Shown here: positions 59,222-64,000 of the stretch, piece after piece
How positions within the stretch are numbered: the first letter of the stretch is position 1
How the letters are laid out: every line of letters starts with the position of its first letter
NCBI GenBank assembly: GCA_047601445.1
Contig: JASGJH010000001.1
Coordinates: forward strand, 4,192,001-4,256,000
Source: Myxococcales bacterium
GTDB lineage: Bacteria > Myxococcota_A > Polyangia > Polyangiales > DASUME01
Reading direction: 5' to 3'
Length of the DNA: 64,000 bases
The notes under the pieces: model-generated
The model's database searches: none
Seen by the model: the letters and a program-made list of their open reading frames with translations, nothing else
Told to the model about the DNA's origin: nothing
Position numbers and translations under genes: made by a program

Positions 59222-60319
59222 TCAGCCGCGAGCCAACATCGGGGCGATATTGTTCGGTCCTGATGGCTCCACGGGGATCCGAGTGCTCCAGCCTGAGGTC
59301 GAACAGGCGGGACCTCCTGCGGGGTGACTCCGCCATTGCTGCTCGCGAAACCTACCTGGCGTGAACCCTGTCCAGCGCCGAAACGCACGATGGAAGGCGC
59401 TTGGCTCGGAGTACCCCAGACGGTCAGCGATCTCCTTCAAGCTCTCATCGCCCTCCACCAGCGCTCGCTTGGCCAGCTCGCATCGAAGGTTGTTCACCAC
59501 GTTCGAGACGGTCTGCCCTTCTTGTTGCAGGCGCCGGCGGAGCATGCGTGGCGTGGTACCAAGCTGGCGAGCAACCATATGGAGGTCGACGTCCCCCAAG
59601 CCCGGCTGCCTGGACAGCGTGTCACGCACGCGCTCCGTGAAGCCACGCTGGGAGGCGCGCGCACGCAGGAGCTTCTCGGCGCCATCTCGGAGCAGACAGA
59701 ACAGGGCCGCGTCGCGAGGGGTGGGCTCCCGCTTCAGCAACTCTCGCGGAAACCTGAGGGCGTACATGGGCTGTCCAAACCGCACGGGACACTGGAAGCT
59801 ACGCCCGTACTCTTGGGCGTAACTGGGTGCCGCATGCGCGCAGGACAGCTCCACCGGCTGCACATCGAACAGCTCAGTGGCAATCCGTACGAGGACGCCG
59901 AGCAACCACTCTGACCAAAACCGCTCCGTATCCTGATGAGAGTGAGCCTCGAGCCGAAAGCCCACCTCTGCATGATCATCGACCCGCTCGACCATGTACC
60001 AGCTCATGCCCTCGAAGAGCGCGGCCGAGTAACGCTGCATGACGTTGAACACCTCGCGCAAGCTGGAGCACTCAAGGAGGAGGTGGCCAAGCACATGCAG
60101 CATGGTGTAAGGCGCGCGCTCCCCCAGCAGGAGGCCGCCCGCTCGGTTGTCGAGGACGCCTATGGCTTCAGCGACGAAGCGATCGACGCGGTCGCTCGGG
60201 ACCCAGCCATGCATGTTTTCTTCGAATGCGCAGGGAAGCCGCGCCCCAGCTCTCAAGGGATAGCGGCCACTCGCAAGCTCACTGCTCAGTGCGTTAAGAA
60301 AAAGCGGAGATACGAACAT
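59222..60319 (-). CDS. AraC-family regulator (OruR/ArgR-like N-terminal domain)
   Basis: FQCPVRFG, LRRRLQQEG, IADRLGYSEPSAFHRAFRRWTGFTPG. Confidence 0.92.
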   Translation of the reverse strand: MFVSPLFLNALSSELASGRYPLRAGARLPCAFEENMHGWVPSDRVDRFVAEAIGVLDNRAGGLLLGERAPYTMLHVLGHLLLECSSLREVFNVMQRYSAALFEGMSWYMVERVDDHAEVGFRLEAHSHQDTERFWSEWLLGVLVRIATELFDVQPVELSCAHAAPSYAQEYGRSFQCPVRFGQPMYALRFPRELLKREPTPRDAALFCLLRDGAEKLLRARASQRGFTERVRDTLSRQPGLGDVDLHMVARQLGTTPRMLRRRLQQEGQTVSNVVNNLRCELAKRALVEGDESLKEIADRLGYSEPSAFHRAFRRWTGFTPGRFREQQWRSHPAGGPACSTSGWSTRIPVEPSGPNNIAPMLARG

Positions 60320-60460
60320 CGATGCAGCCCCAGGGTAAGTCTCGAAGCCACCCTACGTCCCTTGCCATCCCCAAAACGATAGCGCCCGCCGTCATTCGAC
60401 TATCCCTGCGAGTCAACGACTCGGAAAGGTGGGCACCGACCGCGACGCTCCACGCAAGGC

Positions 60461-62017
60461 TCAGCCAGCCCCCCCGGCCTTGGTCTGGAATCGCTTGAAA
60501 TCTCGAACAAACGCGTCGTGGAGATCCGCCGCGAGCTGCTTCGCCTCATCCTCCGCCTTCTCGTTCATGAGCAACCGATCGACGGCCACGCTGCCACCGA
60601 ACTTGATGATCCAACTCTCCAGTAACTCAGCCGAAGCGAGCAGCGAAAACACCCCTGGTTGGCCCAAAGCAGGGCTGCCGAGCTCGGCATGCCAAATCAC
60701 GCCTTTGCCGCCGTTGCCCTTCACCGCGAGCTTGAAGAAGTCTTCCGCAATCTGCTGGATGTTGCTCGGAATGAAGACGTCCAGGAAGCCGGGCGAGAAG
60801 AGCCCCAGAGCACGGCCTTCCACCTTGATCTTCGGCATGACACGGATTCGACCGTCTGTACTGACGTAGCTCCCGTGAACGTTGTAGTCGTTCTCCACCT
60901 TGAGGCCCTTGATATTGAGGATAATCCCCAACATGTTGAGGCGGGCGTTGACCATCGCAGTCGGATGCTTGAGGTTTTCCGCGAGCGGATCCAGCGGTTC
61001 GGATTCGTAGACTTGATTGTCATCGAAGGGCAGGACCTGCCCATCACGAATGTAAAGCTCCGCACCGAACAAGAGCTTCTCGCTGTCGACGTTCAACCTC
61101 ACCAGATCGCGCCCCTGCTCATCCAGGATGCGTAGCTGCGCGGTGAGCACGTCCTTGAGCTTCTTGATGTGCTTGGCGAAGTTCGGATACTTCGCTTTTA
61201 GTCGGTCCGGCTCTGCACGAATGCGCATCTTGACGTGATGGTAGTCTCCGTCGTTCTGCTCGGCCTGGATGTCCTCCGCTCGCCCCACGTCTTTGGTGAG
61301 CAGGTCGCCGAGCGAGGGGAACGCCTCGTAGAGCACTGCCAGGACGTGAAGGTCCTTCTCGCCCAGTCCAGGATTGACCTGCCTGATCGTCGCCAGCGTT
61401 GCGGCAGAGGGCACCGGCTTGTCCGCGGCGTCCTTGCCCCGTGGATCACCGTCCGTGGCGAGTCTAGCGAGGTCGTGGCCCGCCTCGATCAAGGCCGAGT
61501 ACTGGAGCTGACCCAGCCCGAGTCCCCACCGTAGTCCTCCAATCAGGCTCTTCTGTTCCTTGGTCTCTCGCTGTGTGGCGTGGAGCAACAGAGACATGTC
61601 AGCGAGGCCTCTGCGGCCCGTGTCGAGCCCCACGTTGTCTTGGTCGCCCTCGGACTTGGTGACCAGATACCTGTTGCCGCTGAGCTGGCCTTTGACCGTG
61701 AGCTGACGTCGCTCACCGCGCTCGTCGGGCAAAAGCTTGTACAAGCCCTCGAGATCGAAGTCCTCCAGCTCCTTCCACGACTTATCAATGAACGATTGGG
61801 TCGGCTTGTCGATCTCGGTCCGGTGAAGGAATGCCTCGAAAGCGGTGGTGACCTGCGTCAGCGCCTTGATGGCGGCTCCTGAATCTCCCGCGCCCCACAT
61901 CGTCACGAGCGGGGTCCATCCAGCGATGGTGGTATCAGAAGACTAAGCTGCGTAGACGGTGCCAGCCGTCGCTAGCGCCAGCGTGCACATGGTGGCGTAG
62001 ATTTTTTGGGGTGTCAT
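60461..62017 (-). pseudogene. Exported hypothetical protein with an in-frame TAG at codon 25; the ORF track part is 60461-61906
   Basis: ATG 62017 reads MTPQKIYATMCTLALATAGTVYAA*SSDTTIAGWTPLVTMWGAG, in frame with the 481-aa ORF. Confidence 0.65.
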
Positions 62018-62173
62018 CCGCCATCCCCTACTGCGCTTCGGGCTCGCGGACAGTCACAGCGATGGCCCTATACACTGACAGTCGCTCGCAGTCGGTTGTC
62101 AGCGAATCGATCGCGCCATGTCATTGGCATCTTCGACCTCCATCTCTAGGCTCGTCGTCGTGTCGACAGCCGC

Positions 62174-63394
62174 GTGCTGCGGCGCGCCGGAGGCACCTTG
62201 AGTACGCTAACTTTGCTCGCTCTGTATGTGCTTGCGATGACAGCGCTGGTCGTCGCCAGCGTCACATCGCTGCTCTTCCTGTTCTGGCGCGCCCATCTCT
62301 GGTACTGGTCGCGCAGCTTGGCCGTCGACGCGCAGTACGTCGAGCAGATAAGCGCGAAGCTCAGCGACGGTGGAGCTGTGGAATTGCGTCGACTGGCGTC
62401 CACAGAAGACGGCTTGTCGGCGCCAATCGAGCGCGTTCCCGTTTTGCTCGTTCACGGACTCGCCATGCGCGAGACTTGCTTCGACCTCGGGGAGACCTCC
62501 TTGGCCCGCCACCTACAGCGCGAAGGATTCGACGTCTGGCTGCTCACACTCCGCTCAGGCCGTGGCGCTCTCTGGCCCTTCGGTCCCAAGCACTGCCATT
62601 TCGCTGCCATGGTCGCTCACGATCTACCTTACGCGGTGGACGAGGTGCTCAGGCGCACAGGCGCGAAGCAGCTGGACATTGCGGCCCTGTCGATGGGTGG
62701 CATGATCGTCTACGCCAGCCTGGGTCGGAGCCTCGAGCGGGAAAAGGTACACCGCGTCGTCCTGTTTGGAGCGCCTGGGCAGATTCGGCCGTTGGGTCCG
62801 CTCAACTGGTCACATTTGATTCCAGTCAACTGGGTGCTGCGAGTTCCGATGCGAGGGTGGCTCCAGACCGTTGCCTTCGCGCCGCGCCTGGTCGTGAGCC
62901 GGCTATGGCGCTTCCTCTACAACCCCCGCAACCTCGAGCCAGAGTTGGAGCGCAAAATGCTGTGGAACATCTGGGAGGGGATTTCAGGGCCGCTCGGGCG
63001 TGATTTCGTGAAGTTCTCTCGCGCAGGAGGCACCATCTCGGTCGACGGACGACCCGTGCTGGAGGGACTCGCTCGCATCGACGTGCCGGCCTTGTTCTTC
63101 GCCGGGAAGGTCGATGGCCTGGCACCCGAGTACACCGTGCGGGCTGGCTTCGACGCCTGGGGTCGCGATGTGCCCGCGGTACGCAAGGAGTTCGTGCTTT
63201 TGGGGCGGGCGACGAGCGGCTCGGAGCACGACTATGGACACTGCGACATCGTCATCGGACGCAACGCGGTGCGAGAGGTGTTCGCACCCGTGGTTAGCTT
63301 TCTGTCAGAGGGTCAGCCACGACGCATGCGCACGTCGGGATACGCTCCGAGAGCCGGTGACGACCAGCGGTCCGGGCTCGCGCTGGAGATGTAG
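62174..63394 (+). CDS. Membrane-anchored alpha/beta hydrolase (lipase/PhaC-like fold)
   Basis: N-terminal TM; VLLVHGL, SLARHLQREGFDVW, ALSMGG, GKVDGLAP, DYGHCD. Confidence 0.85.
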   Translation: MLRRAGGTLSTLTLLALYVLAMTALVVASVTSLLFLFWRAHLWYWSRSLAVDAQYVEQISAKLSDGGAVELRRLASTEDGLSAPIERVPVLLVHGLAMRETCFDLGETSLARHLQREGFDVWLLTLRSGRGALWPFGPKHCHFAAMVAHDLPYAVDEVLRRTGAKQLDIAALSMGGMIVYASLGRSLEREKVHRVVLFGAPGQIRPLGPLNWSHLIPVNWVLRVPMRGWLQTVAFAPRLVVSRLWRFLYNPRNLEPELERKMLWNIWEGISGPLGRDFVKFSRAGGTISVDGRPVLEGLARIDVPALFFAGKVDGLAPEYTVRAGFDAWGRDVPAVRKEFVLLGRATSGSEHDYGHCDIVIGRNAVREVFAPVVSFLSEGQPRRMRTSGYAPRAGDDQRSGLALEM

Positions 63395-63462
63395 AGCACC
63401 CGCGCCCCCCACTCATCATGACTATGCCCGTGGCGGGATGGGCGCCCCGGCTTGGCGGTCTC

Positions 63463-64000
63463 CTAGCGCTTCAGGCTCGTGCGGTACTCGGACGGCGTCA
63501 TACCCGTCCACCGTTTGAACGCGCGGAAGAACGCAGCAGAGTCAGAGAAGCACAATAGGAACGAGATCTCGCTCGACGCCACGTCGGGCCTCGTCAGCAA
63601 TTCGATCGCGCGCGCCTTTCGGACCTCGTCGAGCAGCTCCGAGAGAGTCGTCCCCTCATCCTTCAGCCGTCTACGCAGGGTCGACTCGCTGATCGAAAGA
63701 CTCTGCGCGACCTGCCCCATCTCGACTACGCCCGCAGCCATACCCCTGAGCAACGCCGCGCGCGCGAGCGTGGATACCAAGACTTCCGCTCCGGCCTCCC
63801 TCAATTGAGCCTTGGCTTGCTCCTCGAAGACCTCGTTGAGCTCCCGGTCTGCCTGAGGCATGGGCCAGTCCAGCCGTTCGACAGGAAAGCTGCACCCTGT
63901 ATACGCGCAGCCAAACGTGACCGGGCAGCGAAAGAGCCGTTCGTATTCGCTCAAGTTCGTGCGGTCCTCGTGCGCGAAGAACAACTCCGTGAGAGGCTCG
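63463..64000 (-). CDS. AraC-family regulator, 5' end off the window
   Basis: FRCPVTFG, STLRRRLKDEGT, FSDSAAFFRAFKRWTGMTPSEYR. Confidence 0.9.
   Translation of the reverse strand, partial: EPLTELFFAHEDRTNLSEYERLFRCPVTFGCAYTGCSFPVERLDWPMPQADRELNEVFEEQAKAQLREAGAEVLVSTLARAALLRGMAAGVVEMGQVAQSLSISESTLRRRLKDEGTTLSELLDEVRKARAIELLTRPDVASSEISFLLCFSDSAAFFRAFKRWTGMTPSEYRTSLKR

Noticed and set aside
61943..61945. Pyrrolysine or genome-wide TAG recoding
   Set aside because: TAG ends many intact genes here at expected positions (e.g. RND, DUF1275, NmrA-like) and no pyl genes are visible

Overview
High-GC bacterial chromosomal DNA. The gene content (many lipoproteins with acidic DAG/DGG linkers, an EGF-like domain, ECF sigma modules) points to Myxococcota, probably Polyangiales-like; this is an inference. 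About 50 CDSs are supported, with no rRNA, tRNA, CRISPR array, integrase or transposase seen. The window is rich in secreted or surface proteins: two collagen-like lipoproteins downstream of a GT2-TPR glycosyltransferase, a Ser-Gly-tailed lipoprotein coupled to a second glycosyltransferase, a GH76-CBM6 mannanase, a sphingomyelinase-like EEP, a cutinase-like hydrolase, an M19 dipeptidase and a CapA-family protein. It also carries metabolic genes (ALDH, GMC oxidase, P450, glpR-glpD), regulators and an orphan RND pump with an unusual insert. The best candidates for undescribed systems are the collagen-lipoprotein/glycosyltransferase locus, an AbiEii-like nucleotidyltransferase coupled to a non-AbiEi partner, and a beta-barrel/ECF sigma/TPR anti-sigma/lipoprotein signalling operon. 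Three to four genes carry single-base disruptions, which may be sequencing errors. All product calls come from motif reading, not database searches.
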